Shown: in pieces, positions 26,229-43,300 of the stretch | How positions within the stretch are numbered: the first letter of the stretch is position 1 | Layout: each line of letters starts with the position of its first letter | Origin: Spongospora subterranea f. sp. subterranea | Lineage: Eukaryota | Direction: 5' to 3' | Length of the DNA: 64,000 nt | Assembly (NCBI GenBank): GCA_049724395.1 | Contig: JAUGWO010000070.1 | Span: 124,001 to 188,000, forward strand | Translations under genes and position numbers: made by a program | The notes under the pieces: generated by a model | What the model was told of the DNA's origin: nothing | Databases searched by the model: none | Seen by the model: only the letters and a program-made list of their open reading frames with translations

Positions 26229-28780
26229 TTATGCAGGATTATGAGCTGATGGGATGATTGTTCGGCACCACATACTGTAATTTTTCTTACAATCGCTGGT
26301 GCGTTTTCCTTCTCCCAGGCTCATTGGTCCACAGGGTTTCAGCAATAATGCTCCCGCTCTCTTGACAAGGTCTCCATATGAAATGATCTAGACATAGCCA
26401 TATCGGCCAAGTTAGATTTGGGTGTCCAGGGTGATGGTAAATTACTAACCAAGTCTGCCGCGATTTCATCGTCAGTTCCAATTCCCATTAGTAATCGCGT
26501 CTTGTCCAATATCGACTCGTGCGTCTAAGCATTTTGTATCAATGGTGGGTTATCTTCACAAACACCAAATCCTTACTGTTTGGGGATCAATTGACAATAT
26601 TGAATTCATAACAACTGGAGCAGTAATTTGCGCTTCAAGTTTCAGCTATGTCAAATGATTTGATATCAGCGAAATAGGGAAACGGCTGAGCGTATCTGAC
26701 CCTTGATAGAATTTCGTGTGTGAAGATATATATATTCTCGATGTATATGTGTGCTAGACACTCGATAAAATGTGGGTACAATTGAAAGGGGTCGACATCT
26801 GAATCATTCTCCACATTCAAGCGTCCATCCGGATAGGTGTCACAGCTCATCGAATATTTCAAGATGATTCGCTGAGGCTCAGCCAGTTTAGTTCCGAAAT
26901 ACTCGTCAATAAAATCACTGAGGTCTGCAACGAGGCGAAGAATATCAATCAAAGTTCAATCGTGACATAACGATATATTGTGCAACGTGCCTTTGAATGA
27001 TAAAGACGCGGATCCATCGACATCAGAGGAAATTTTATGCAGAGCCTGAATCACGTAGAAGGCGTCTTGACAAAAGTCAAGATAAACCCGAATCGGAAAC
27101 CGATGTTCTATAATTTCGTGGAATATTCGGAACCTTTGATGGCGACGAATACAGGCGTACAACCCATTGATCCACTGATTGGCTTCCATATCAGTTGAGA
27201 AACGGGCATGTAATTTCGATCTGATCAAATCATCCAGTGGCATGTCGGAGCCAATCTTGTCGCAATCGAGAGTGATATGTTTGAGAAACAGTCGAGTCTC
27301 TTCTATCGATACTTCACCGCCTAAAACACGGTTACTCGACAACAATCATCGGGATGCGAGCTGTTTTCGTACATGCTGGCGATGTCGATGAGGGGCTGAT
27401 ATTATTTATTGTCGACTGGAAAAGAGAAACGAGTGTCAAAACTGGAATCTGTAGTTTTGTTCAGTCCGGCCAAACCTGTAGACTTATCTGGGCTCTATCC
27501 CTAGTCGCTTTGCCATACAAATCAAGCAGTTTTGAGAACTCGGTTTCCATCAGTTTGAGTTGAATTTCTGCGTTCGTAGCACATGAATTTGTGTTAGGGC
27601 TCGCTAGAAGGGTATTGATTTGCCTTCGCAAATCGTCCCGTTGGATTTCCACCTGGGCTAGCTGAGATATTGTGGCTTCATTGGCTCGCTACAACGTTGC
27701 CAAATTCAGCTGAAAGTTGATGCTCAAACCGAAAAGATGGCAACTAACTCTGGACTCAGACGCCGCGTGATTTGCATCATCGATCAACTGAGACATATTT
27801 TGTCGCTGAAACACTGAAATTACAAGGTAGTTCCCCGTCGGCGTTGTTCTAGTACCTCTGAGCTGGCCGAAACGAACATCGACTTGTACCGCTTCAACGC
27901 ATTGGATAGCGTATGTTTTGATTTCACATAAATCCTGGACTTGGAGCTGCAGATCACGAACCGTATCATTCAATGACTCCGTTTCGGCGCGCAATCCTGA
28001 GATGGTGGCCGAATCGCATTCTCGAGCTTTGACGTGCCCATTCAACGATTGCACCAAACTGGCCTAACACAATATCACCGATTATTGAAAGAACAGGTTC
28101 GTCATATATAGAAAACGTGCTTTCTCCTGTTGATGGATCAACTTGATCGATGATATTTTAGTCTCCGCTTCTTCTTTGATTGTGGTTAGACGAGATTTCA
28201 GTGCAGGAATGCATCGCATATGCTGAATGCATTCCTGAAAAACCAGTTCGTATTCGCTCTTGATTCTGCTGAGCACATTTTTATATATGCCGAACCCGTT
28301 TAGGAACAGATCAAACACCTCGCTGATAATGCGAACTCGCTTCTCCCTGGGCTGATTTTCTTCGGATAGCAACTCATTCTCCAAAATTGATTCCATTTTT
28401 TGCAGCAATAACGGCTTGACACCTGGCCTAGCGGCACATATTCCGAAAGGTTGATCGCTTATTGCCATCGATTAGGTAAATTGGTAACCAGTCCTCAGTC
28501 AAACATTACCCAGCAATTGGACCTGGCTTTGGTCGAATCCTCCGGATATATCCTGGACGAGCGGTCGAGAGATACGTCGACGATCGAGGATTGACGAAAG
28601 GGAGATGACTATTGTGGCGTCAGCCAAATCAGCAATGAACCTGACACGATAAATAGAATGGAATTACAAAGACAATGAGCTATTGACGCTTGGGCTTCGT
28701 GACGCTAGCATTCGTTCGCGATGGGCATCAGCTGTGTTAAGTCGTGGGATGCGAACATGGTTGGCAATATCGTCGCCCAT
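26229..28780 (-). CDS. Coiled-coil protein with TSNAXIP1-N-like domain, multi-exon
   Basis: KMESILENEL...RVRIISEVFDLFLNGFGIYKNVLSRIKSEYE resembles the TSNAXIP1/CLHC1 N-domain, followed by coiled coils. Terminal exons are approximate. Confidence 0.6.
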
Positions 28781-29787
28781 TCACTTGATATAGATATTGA
28801 CGCGTTGTACTTGATTTGATCTGAGATGATTTTGTGGGCACGTTCTTATTTCAAGTTCTCAGTCCGGCAATCGTGACCGGATGGGCATCATTCGCTTGCA
28901 GACAGGAGACTTGAGACGGAAAATAACGAGGGACAAGATGAACACGAAATGCCGACTGTTTGATTTGGTACGAACGACGATTCGAGTAAATACAATAAAT
29001 ACAACTATAGGTATTTCTGGGAACTATTGAAAGGAAACGGGGCCAAAATGGAAACGCCATTGAGGCATTGCATAGGAAAATTATCCTTGCGATAACTAAG
29101 GCTAATCGCGTTAGACATGAATGAGCTCATCAACTTCTCAAGTAGATGCAGATTTATAATGGGGAAACGAAAAGGTATTCCGATGTGAACTTTCTGGATG
29201 AACGTTGTTGACAATCGGCACAATCTGTGTGATGCACTTTGCGAACAACGGCGATTTCCCGAAAATTGACAAAATATTCCGATTAAGAATAATTTGAAAC
29301 AAGCGAAACAGTTATTTATTGGTTTTGTATTGTGTTTTCTATACTTGGGAAGAGTGAGCTCGCTTTCCTAAATCGAATTGACAATCCGTTGGCACCACCT
29401 CCGTGTCATTGATTCACTATTTCAAACAGCTGCGGGTTTCCCAACGCTTGTCAAAGATTGACTAACGATATAAACAAGATTTCGAAACAAGGAGAGCGGT
29501 GATAGGTCCGATTGTGTTTCCCATGTACTGGGAGAAGCGGGACCGTTTCCCTAACACCGGATTGACAATCCCGTTGGCAACCTGGCGACTCACACACGAC
29601 TCTACCAACGTTACAGTTTTCACCACGGAGTTGCTGGGGGCGCAGTTAATGGCACTGAATCTGATGGTCTGGGACCTGGACTGTCAAACAGATTATGGAA
29701 TAATAATTGGTCATTTGGGATTACATGCAGACGAGTCGTCGGAGATATAGAAGCAACTAATTAGGGGTCAGGGATTTATTGTTGCCG

Positions 29788-32700
29788 ATGCATGATGATC
29801 GGGCGGAAACGACGATGGATCGGCAGTGCCCATCGACGGACCTGTGTAATATGCCTCCCCTCATACAGGAGTCACTGTTGACCTATAAGCGCCAGCTCGT
29901 ATTGTTCGTATTGGATACTTTACCAGATGCGATGACGGTTCAGTCAGATGTGCACTTAATCACAAGCACATTATCGCTATTGAAAGGCGCGCTTGACGCC
30001 TACATACCTTTTACTATTCCAGAGCGGGTCCAGCTGCTCAACGTTCTCTACCCCATTGTGTTCACGTCAAAACTTCCCCTATCTACGACAATCGCCGAGA
30101 TATGCTCAGTACTACTAAAATTGTCGCCAAGAATGCAACGTTCTGATATACAAATTGATTGGGTTCCTCTCTTCGATCGTCTTTGGGAGTTTACATCAAG
30201 TGACCTCAACGCTTATGACGCCAATGGATCCGTCTTATTCATTCTTCATTGCAAAGCCATCCAATGTATGTCTATTGACGCCCGTCGTTTCTTCTCTTCT
30301 ACTGTCTCTAAGGAGCTTCAAGACCGTCTTCTATGCAATTTCACTGCCACAGATTCGCATTTCTTTCGCGTATTAGGCTTACTGTCGATTTTTTTACCGT
30401 TCAGGTTGAATGATATCGCTGATAACAGCATAGATTTAATCACTCAATTGGTCGGCATCTCGTCTTGGGTTGACCAATCGATTGACGTCACCTGCGTGTG
30501 CTTCGAAATGTTCTCGCGATCGGCGCGTTCTCAAAGTTTCAACTGGGATTCGCATTGTCCCGCCCTCTACAATGCGTTTCTTCAGGCAATGAACCTGACC
30601 ATTGATGGTACAGGCCATCCGATGAAGAAGCCGGCGTCTCAGCGACGCTGGCATATTTCGAGTCGGCATCTACGTCGTCGCGGCAGCCAGCAGTTGCTGT
30701 CTAAGTATATGGCGCGCTTCATTATCTATACTATTAACGCATCCAATATCTATCTGTTCAAGCAACTCGTATCCACAATTTCGACATTTTTTCATCCAAG
30801 CAACCCAGGTTCGTGGACGAAGGCGTTAGGCTCATTTCTAGGGTATCTGTCGTTGAACTTCGCCAAAAGGCAAAACAGTAATGACTTGCTGGCGAATCCC
30901 ATACATTCTGTACTTTCTGAAGTCGTGATTACCCAGCTCCTTCAGATGTCCAACTTAGCAATCTATTCAAAATCTCAATGGATGATAGGCTCTGCTTGCG
31001 CGACGTTTCGCCGGCTAGCTTTCATTGATTCGTCATTAGTAACTCCATGTATCTATCAGTTAATCAACAGAACGCTAGACGTTCCAACGTCTGCAAGGTT
31101 CCGGCGCGTCTCCTGTTTAAGGGTGCTCGCGTCCACGCTGGCGGCGATGATGGATGATCCGTTCCTGGAAACTGCTCTTTGCTTAGCTGCGGATTCAATT
31201 GATCCCAGCACTCCAGAGCAGACGTCGGAAGCAATATACTTGTTCACTATTTTTTTCCAGACAAAATCTGTAATGGGGCTGGGATTTCTCAACGACATCA
31301 GCCACATCCTTCTGGGACGCCTACTGCACTTGTTTGAGCATTTCGGGGAATACCGCAAGGAAACCGCAACCGATGTTGAAATGAACAAAGATATAATTCG
31401 CCTAGCTTATTCATTCTTTTGTGCTCTACCTGCTGATATCCTTCGGTCGTGTTCGCGGCGCCTACTTGAATTTGTAAACTCCCGCGTTATTGAAAATGCC
31501 AGGCGGCCTTTAGGTTCAATGTGTTCCGCCGCCGCTTTTGCTGATCCAGAGTGGATGATTGCTGTCTACGTTCCTGATTTGGAAGCGTCTCTAGCTGACA
31601 CTGACATAAGTTGGATGCAGTGGAGAATTTACCTACTGTCATGTATTGTTCGTCGAACCGGTTCCAGCCTGCTCCCTTACATGAATACCATTTCCAGCGT
31701 AATCAAGACTTGTAATCAGCATGATCACATTGCGGTCAGATCATACGGCAACAAACTGACGAGACGTGTACTGAAAGCGCTCACTGAAATATATCCCTCC
31801 GAGCTGCACCCTACAATCTCGAAAATCCAATCGGGTTCGACGCAAAATTTATCAATTTCATGGCATGTTCCCAGCAAATCGGAGATTCAGGTTAGTTCGC
31901 CTTGCCTTGATCGTCATGTATCGCTTCTTAGTTGCTTGCGTTTAGGCTGCCTCTACCCTTACGGTGACGGTGTTAGAAGGACCCTTAGATCTGCTGCAGA
32001 ATGGAGTTAGTTCTATCGACAGTGATCAATCTGAAAGCGTTATTCGTTCGCTATTGGTCATTTATTCTGTAGTTCGAGGTGCCTCGATGGTGCTTGGGGC
32101 GTTTCAAATCGAAAATGACTGTATTGCTACTGATGGTACACAATCCCAGTGCTTGTCTTCTGACATTTTTCCACATTCCCATCTGCCAACACTTTTTCCA
32201 ATCATGGTTGGTGAAACCAGTCTACGACTACTTGTTCGTTCAGTGATGCTCCGCATTCTCCACATTTATTCTGGCCTGTCTCGGTTTACTGCTGTACTCG
32301 AAAGAGTTGGCGATATCCTTGATATTATATGTCGACCGTCGTGCCCAATCGTCAATGAAAGCAGGAGCCATCGTATCAAAGCCTTATTATCGCGACAACT
32401 TGACGTACATGATAATGGTCGTTGTTCGCTTCGCCCACTTCTGATCGAAGGTGCCGATATCGCTCTACATCGTCGGCTACTCCTACTCTGCAATGTATTC
32501 AAGGCCGATGAGGGAAATCGAGCAATGCTTCATGGTGTAATCGATATATTGCACTTGAACTTCCCCAATATTTATCGGTCTTCGGTGAACATTATCAGCA
32601 CTGCTATCGCCGCACCCCTTCGAAAGTCAATCGTCGATGATCTGGTAAATTGGACAGTTGCTGCTATCAAATCTGTTGATTCCTCTGACTACATTCGAAT

Positions 32701-35175
32701 CCGATGTTTACTCTGTATTTTTATGTTTCCTGGTGTAAAATCGTATGTCTGCGAACGCAAGTCTACCCTATTGGTCTCCTTTATCGAGGTATTACTGCCT
32801 TATTTTCAATTTCAAGAGAAGAACATTCGATCATTAGCTCATTTTTACTTTGCCTCATATTGGTCGTGGCTTCCTCCAGAAACTGCATCGGTAACTCACC
32901 CGCCAACTCTGGATGAACCTGGCATCAAAGTTATGGAATCTTTGAGCAACCGCACGAATATGGAATGTCAGTCGGCTATTGACCTACTTCTGGCTCAAGC
33001 AAGCAATGGGAAATCTCAGATGATCGTATCGGCATTATTGTTGTTGTTTTGGAATTCCAATATTTTTATCCGGAGTGATTCGATCGTATCTGTTTTTCTC
33101 CAAAATCTGATATCCGACGATAGCGCCGCTTCTGCTTTATCGATTTTGATAATACCCCGTCTATTCGATGAAAAAACCCACAAAATATCTATTAATCTTT
33201 CGAAACCAGATAACTTTCAGCTTTCAACGACCAGAGGTCATTCTGAAGCAAACTGCGCTGGATATCATCGTCATGCTCCTGGGTTATGTAGCCCCCTGTT
33301 GAATTCTGTATCTGGGGAAGCGTATGCTTATTCAGATTGGTTGCTTGGGCATCTTGACGCGATATATTGCTCTATCAATGTACATCGGTCTGTAAACGGG
33401 TTTGACCTGAGGAACGTTACGGACGCTCTGCTCAACATCAAATCGACATGGCCCTCAATACGAACCCCTCAGCCCGACTCCTCGAAGTTTTCGATCGCTT
33501 ACGTGCAGTTATGGCATTGGATGTTGCTGCGATCCCGAACAGAAACCCCTTATATGAACTTATTTCGATCTTCTATTTTTTCTGGGGTATCGGCCGAACC
33601 GGAAGCGACTATAACAGCAATCGAGCTGTTTGCTGCGCTAACGCTCCATTGCTCGCGACCGACTGCTACGAACGAATCAACATCATGTAATGAGCTAATG
33701 ACTTCGTTGATGGCGGCAATTGTATCAACCAATACCGAATCGGTTAGTAGTCAACTTGTTCGCGTAACCTAATTATTGACCTTTGTTGTATAGCACCCAA
33801 ATTGGGTGGCCTGTATTCGCTTCTTATGCTCTTGTACGGACACGTCCAAACTTTGTTTGCAATTAGGTGAATCGCTTATTGAGCTGTCGTTTTCTGAAAA
33901 TGCTGATCATTCCACGTCAACGCCACTGTGGTGTTTATACATATCTTTGTTTAATGGAATATTGATGGAGTTTGGACCACGATCCATTGATCTAGCGCAT
34001 CGAGCTCTTTATCGCATTAGCAATTTCTACCTTTCGGTTGGGTCCAAGTCTGTTCGGGAAGCAATATCGTTGACAATTTTCCATGCAATATCATGTTGTT
34101 ATCCTGGTTTTGTTAATCGCTCGATACAACCTTCTTTTTTCCATCATGATCAGGATCCAGCAGTTAATGATCTCGCGATCCGGATTTTGAAAAAAAGTCG
34201 GGACGACAATGGATCGTCTAGGCATTGTTTGAAAACCGCATTCAGGTTCATTATCGTGTGTTTCAGTTACGGAGACAATATAGCATTCGGCTCATTCATC
34301 CTCAAAATTATAGTTCCAGTATTGAATTTTGGATTATTGTCCAGCGATGCTGAGTGCTGCCAATCAGCCATGTCTGCGGCCACGTCGATATCCTGGATGA
34401 CATTTCCTGGTTCCATCATCAATGACTTGATTTCCTCTATCTCCCAAGCATGCAATGATAGTCGTTCTTGTCGCGTTCGTCTACAGTTTCTCAAGATGAT
34501 CCGCCGTCTTGTCCCTAGGCATTGGGTATATTGTATCCGATCAAACAACTGAATCCCTATTTCAGGTTAGGCAAACTCTGCGATTTCGCAGGCCCCACTC
34601 ACCCGACCCACAACTCATTTAGATATTGCTGGAGCTGTTAACGGATCAACATGTTTCTATTAGGGAGGCGGCTGCTACGACTCTGACCGCTGTCTATACG
34701 TCAAGCAACAGCTCGCCATCCTTACCTTCAATCTCCCAATTAATTGATCAATTTGGATGCCTTTGCAGGACCAGATTATCGCCAGGGAATAAGGTGCCGG
34801 TTATTGTTTCATTACGTCCAGGTTGTTTATCCAGCTGCTATTAGGAGGCTGTCGCTAGGCGACATGGTGGTGTCCTCGGCTTAATCGCTCTAGTTCGTGG
34901 AGCTGCATATGCCGTTCCGGACTGGCTTCCTGGAGTCCTGTCCAGGTTGACTGCCCATTCTGCTGATCCACCTCCAGTCGGCCCACAAGTCAAAAGGCTC
35001 TTCATCGATTGGAGGCATATGCATCATGTAAGCATCAATTTTCCAAAAAAATGGGGGTGTGGAAGTGATGCCGGTGTTATCGCAGGATGATTGGCATGAA
35101 CTGCATGTACATTTCACGTCAGACGAACTCGAACTAGTGTCACAGTTAGATGTCGCTTCGTCATACTTTGTCTAA
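29788..35175 (+). CDS. PSME4: Proteasome activator PA200/Blm10, multi-exon
   Basis: IDWVPLF, STFFHPSNPGSWT, SIDP, ISWHVPS, C-terminal RHGGVLGLIALV..AYAVPDWLP..DDW..FTSDEL..SSYFV* (HbYX-like tail). Confidence 0.93.
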
Positions 35176-35184
35176 TATAAATAT

Positions 35185-35407
35185 TTAACCAGACCGTATC
35201 TGATATTGGGGATGAAACGTCTGTATCGTGTGTCGCGATCGACCAGACCAGCTCGTATGTAGCACTTATGTAGCGTAGGGCACCAGGCAGCACAAACAGT
35301 GCATACCATACCCAGTGTACACCACTGTAGGGTAGCCCCCTTCCGTACATGCCAGACTCAAATTTCCCCTTACCGTAACGTGCCTCATTGTACAAAACAC
35401 TTGTCAT
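35185..35407 (-). CDS. 57-aa single-TM microprotein resembling cytochrome c oxidase subunit VIIc (yeast Cox8), 2 exons
   Basis: Exon 35249-35407, intron 35200-35248 and exon 35185-35199 give MTSVLYNEARYGKGKFESGMYGRGLPYSGVHWVWYALFVLPGALRYISATYELIRSG*. Compare yeast Cox8 HFKDGVYENIPF...YVQLKKSG (recalled). Confidence 0.55.
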
Positions 35408-35471
35408 CGTGTAATACACCTCAGTAACGGTGACGTATCTTTAGACCAGTGTCAACATTGGTCAAATAAAA

Positions 35472-38384
<2,913 letters not shown>

Positions 38385-38463
38385 ATTCCATAGGCGAGGG
38401 CTGGTGCAGTATCTTTATGTACTTGTCCGATATAGCTGGAACTTTTTTGAAAAGCGGAAGTCA

Positions 38464-39419
38464 TTATATTTTCTTTATGTTTTGCAACTCAGTTTCTCTC
38501 TGTCAAAACCTGTCGATAAATCTTTTCCCAGACGTGATGCATGCTGTGTAAAGTACCTGGAATATTTCTGCTCGAATTGAAGGTTCAAGGTGCCGAAATG
38601 TTTTTGGGTCGTGATTCATCAACTTGTTTAGAAACTGTACTCGTTCGGTTATTTCTAATCTTACTGCCAGCAAATTGATTATGGCTTATATATAACTACA
38701 TTGACTCCTTACATTGCTCCTCTAACAGGTTCTGTGCTGAAACACCTTCGTTATGAGTTTGAGTATGAGCATTGCCGTTCTTATCCTCAGCCTCTCCTGA
38801 GAACTGACACTGCAGTTCCATAATCATCTCTGATCTCGATTTGATTGCTGCAGTTGAACACCGATTAGCATCCTGCTTTCGAAATACACCAACTACTGAC
38901 AATGCGAAAGCGGTGGTCTCTGTGGTTCTTTCTCAGCTTGTGCTTTTGCTTCCATCGCTATGACATTTTGCATTTTCCTTCCGCCGACTAAGGGAAATCT
39001 CGCTTGGTCATGTTTCGGCTGCCGTTTGATAGGTCTCGGTACTTTAACCGGGACCTTGCGTGTTTTCTTCTTCAATGACAGTAAATGCTGTTCTTCATGG
39101 AGGCGACAATGAGCCTTTATCAAATTTCGAAGCGTGTCATATTACCATATGGGTCAGTTGGCGATGCAGACAACGTAATGCTGACGTTGGGTTTATACGA
39201 ATGGCGACTAAACGGTAATGGATTGAAATTTTATAAGGAGATTCGGCAACCAAGACCCATCGCGCTCACCTATCATTAGCCGCATATAAAGCATATATTA
39301 GCTTCCCTGCCTCAGTATGCCTGCATAGTCCCGATAAGCATTAACCCTAATCGTGAATTTTGTTGCCGTCACCTTCCGAAATGTTTATACAGCTCAGGAT
39401 CAACAGTTGAGTTGGGCAT
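38464..39419 (-). CDS. UPF0193/EVG1-like protein, multi-exon
   Basis: Spliced model starts MPNSTVDPELYKHFGRHTEAGKLIYALY and ends EITERVQFLNKL..IRAEIFQRETELQNIKKI*, resembling the UPF0193 C-terminal EIEER.QFL..I..EISQ motif. Confidence 0.55.
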
Positions 39420-39782
39420 CGTCGCTGCTCCAACCCAGGTATCACCCGATCTCGTAAATGAAGTGTGGTACACGATCATGGTCAAGTGCTGAACTCACAG
39501 CACTGCTGGACAATTCAACCGTCTCAGATCATTATGTATACATCCAGTTTTGCCAAATGCAAAATCCTCAACACGTCGTCATGCATTGAAAACACAATGT
39601 GTTCGTCCCCCGAAATAAACTGCAACCTATGAAAGGAGCACTTTGGAGAGTTCGTTTGAATGCCCCTGCATGAGGATGTGATGGAGATACCATTTCCCAA
39701 CCCAGTTGACAGCAGTTGACTAATTTGACCGCCGTCATTGTCCTTTCATTGGTATTGCACTTCTTCACAGAATACTCTCAGC

Positions 39783-40313
39783 ATGGCAGATCGAGGTGAG
39801 GACGTTCATCAGGTTCGGCCCAGTTATAAGGGAAAGTAAGCCCAGGGCGGACCCCATCTGACGACTCCTGACTGTGTCAATAGATTCAAACCTGCCGCTG
39901 TCCAGGCCCTGATTAAGGACTCCCTGCAAAATCGCCTCCAAAATGAAGCATATAATCAAGATACGACGCCTGGTTTAACAAGAGAAATCGCCGATCAGAT
40001 CAAAAATGAGCTACGAAGTATTAGCAGTTCAATTGTTTTTGTTTCTTTCTTTTAGAAAATTAACCTTTCGCAGAAATCGGTCTGCCAAGATATAAGTTCG
40101 TTGTTCAAGTCATTATAGGAGAACAGCGAGGTGCCGGCATGCGAATGACGTCGCGATGTTTTTGGGATCCAGAATGTGACGATTTTGCCTCTGAGACCTA
40201 TATCAACGATTCATTGTTTTGTACTGTACGTCCCAATGTTCAGCGTTAACTGAAGAAGGGAAATTTAGCTGAACGCACTGCAGGCAGCGGCTTGGGCAAT
40301 ATATCTCTACTGA
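39783..40313 (+). CDS. TCTEX1D2: Tctex-type dynein light chain (dynein-2 TCTEX1D2/DYNLT2B-like), 4 exons
   Basis: VRPSYKGKFKPAAV...PRYKFVVQVIIGEQRGAGMRMTSRCFWDPECD..YINDSLFCTAAAWAIYLY*. Confidence 0.9.
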
Positions 40314-40399
40314 CGATTCCAACCATTTCATGTGGTTAAAACCCAATAAATACGATTTATCATCTACAATGTCATAGCTTTCGAACAGTAAACTAATGG

Positions 40400-43300
40400 T
40401 CACCATATCTGAAAGAAAACGACATGAATAAGATACATGCAGTCCAAATCAGTTGATAAATGCAGTGATTACCTTTCCAATACGACTATTACTGCCTGCG
40501 GTTTTCAGCAGCTTGGTCCTTATTCTTTCTTCTTCTTCAGAATCAAACGCCAAAATATTAGATATTACCGGCAATAATAATGTCTAGAAACAATTACTGA
40601 AATCTGGATGATCAGAGTATGACAATGCATACCGATTTTTCATCAGTTTCCATATATTTTACGATTATATGCTTCAGATAGCTGACAGCAATGGAGTGAG
40701 CAATACCGAATGACGATTGACGAATGAGAAAAATACTCCATATTTGCCCCCGAGCGCTCTTGAGATTTCGATAACTTGGCAACCTGCTCTTCTAGTTGCA
40801 GCAAACGTGCTGACTGATTTTCTTTCTGAAAATCAAAAGGTGACTGAGTCTTTGTAAAATAACGTTATTCCAAGAAAGGTTCACCTGGAGTTCCGCATTC
40901 CTGAGCAGATTTTGAAGACGGACGACATGCCCGGACTGATCCAAGCTTTCTGTGCTAGGTCTAAACTCAAATTGAAAACTAGGTCGAAACAACTGAACAA
41001 CTGATACCGCCGACTCTGCTGCGAATTAATGATTGACTCCTCAGTATTCCTTTGCATCGGATAGGAGGATGCAGTGTTTTTGAGTGAAGCAATTTCGGCC
41101 TCTAGAACTCGAATTTCCCGTTGAAATGCTTGAGAATTGTCTTCAACCACGCCCAGTTGCCTATGAAGCTCTGTGATGCAAGCATCACGGTCCTGATAAA
41201 ATTTTTAGAGGTGATATCACAGTAACATGGCAACAACAGATCTCAACTTTTACGATTTTGGTTGCTGAATTACGGCTGCGCTGAAGCTCTTCTTGTGCAG
41301 CAGCCAAACTTGCTGACAGGGTAGCGATAACTGAGGACTCTGCCTCTTGATGCCGGGCTATTAACTAAAAGGCCTTAGGAGAAAATTCAAGATCTCATTT
41401 GAACTACTTACTCTGTCATTTTCAGCGTGAGCTTCTTGCAGCTCATTCGACCATTTAAGTTCAACATCATGAAATGCTACTCGTTCTGTCTCAATCAAAC
41501 GCAGCAAACGAGCATTTTCTATCTGAAGCATTTCTCTTGAGCGTCCAGCAAAGTGTAACAGCGCATTGCACCAACATTGACGGCATTTTCAGCACATTTA
41601 GTCGCATCGTCAATCGTCTTTTGCAGGTTCAGGCGCTCCAACTTAAGATTTTCAATTTCATCAAGCAGTTCTGCGGTTACGGACTGCATCTCCAGACTAT
41701 GATAACTGTCAGTAAACGTGCAATCTGTTCGCAATTTGGGTTCAGACTTTTTCAATTAAAGCGCGATTTGCCTGAATCTTATAATCTGAGAATTCAGCGG
41801 ATAACGCGGAATGTTCAGCCTGACACGTTTGCAAATGTGCAGCCTAACATTAAAACAGCAGTGAATACATTGCAGTTTGAATAGAGGAAAACCCTCACAA
41901 GGTCGGCCACTTTTTTTTCATACTTCCTGGCAGCGCTGAGCCATTTCTTATCAAACTTTTGTTTCAATTTTGATTCAGATTCGAAATCCAATGAACGAGG
42001 AAGAAACACTCCTGACGACAGGGAGCATGAATCGCGATTCTGAACGAGCTCCGCATCCGCAAAATTCCCCGTTGCAATTTTCTTCGTAGCGTGCATATCA
42101 TAGGCCTCAATGGTTGTCCAAAATAACTGACGGCCACTGGCACCTGCTTCCGATAAACAAAATTGTTCCCTATGAAAAACCCGCCACATACCAGCTAGAT
42201 CTCCTGAAACCGGAGAAAATTGAACAAGTAGCCACCACATTCCATCAATAAAACATCGCTGAAGAATCTATGAAAATAAAATGGGTTGATTGCCTGATGA
42301 GAAAATGAACGTTGTAACTTGGCACTGAAACGCCTGCGGGTCCGAATCCGCTGGGATATCAAAGAGCCAGTGAGATGACACCATTTGTACCAGCTGGGAA
42401 GTTCGCATGGTAAGTAGAGCATATGCTGCTTGACATTCCGATAATGCCGTGTTTGCTTGAGTCAAAAGAGTATTCAAATTTTGGGTCTCGTTATTGAAAT
42501 TTTCGATACGCTCCTGAAAAATGGATCATTCAGATTCCGCTAAAGCAGAGCCTATAAAAACTACCTTCTCAGTGCGTAACTCTTCTGTTAAAGATTCAGC
42601 TCTCGCAGATGCGTTCTTATTGGACGCACTGGACTCACTTTGTTCCCGTTCGAGCATTTCAACAGTAGCGCTTAAATGTAGAATCTAAGACCTCAGGGTC
42701 ACAAATGCGGAGCCATAGCTAAATCAGCTAACCTGAGTCTCCGCTGTTTGAGCTCTGAATAAAGCAGCTTGCACGTCATCTTTAGCCCGGTTCTAATAAT
42801 GACACGAAATCAGATCCATTTACATCTTGAACCCTAAAACTTCTACTACCAATTCTGCAGCTAGTTGAGAAGATTTCTGTGCTTTGGTTTTGAGTGCCAT
42901 TCCCAGCTGCAAAACCTTTTTCTTTTCTTCAAGCCACTTCGATTCCATTGCGTCGCTCTGTAACTTATCAGAAACACTGATTCAAAATGTCAAACAACTG
43001 ACTTTTTCCTTTTCTTTAGCAAGTCGTTGTTTAGATGTATTGTTATGTTCTTTGAGTACATACTTCAACCGATGATAATCTGTTTCAAAGTTTGTAATTC
43101 CCAATCCTGCATCATGGCTTGATGTTGCCGCCGAGTTCGCTTCTATAACACTGGACAGGATCGATTGCAGATGATCGGTGAGCGCTTTCCAATTGGAAAG
43201 CTCTTCGACGTACAATTCACACTGGCTAGCATTGAAAACAGATATAACGAACTGTGTAAAGTGGACCAACTTTGTAACACAGACTCAGAGGCTGATCGAG

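Noticed and set aside
35180..35460. RNase P RNA on the minus strand (GGGAAATTTGAG ... CCAATATCAGAT resembles the P4 helix)
   Set aside because: No convincing CR-II/CR-III motifs or P1 helix, and a spliced COX7C-like ORF explains the region better. An Infernal scan with the nuclear RNase P model would settle it.
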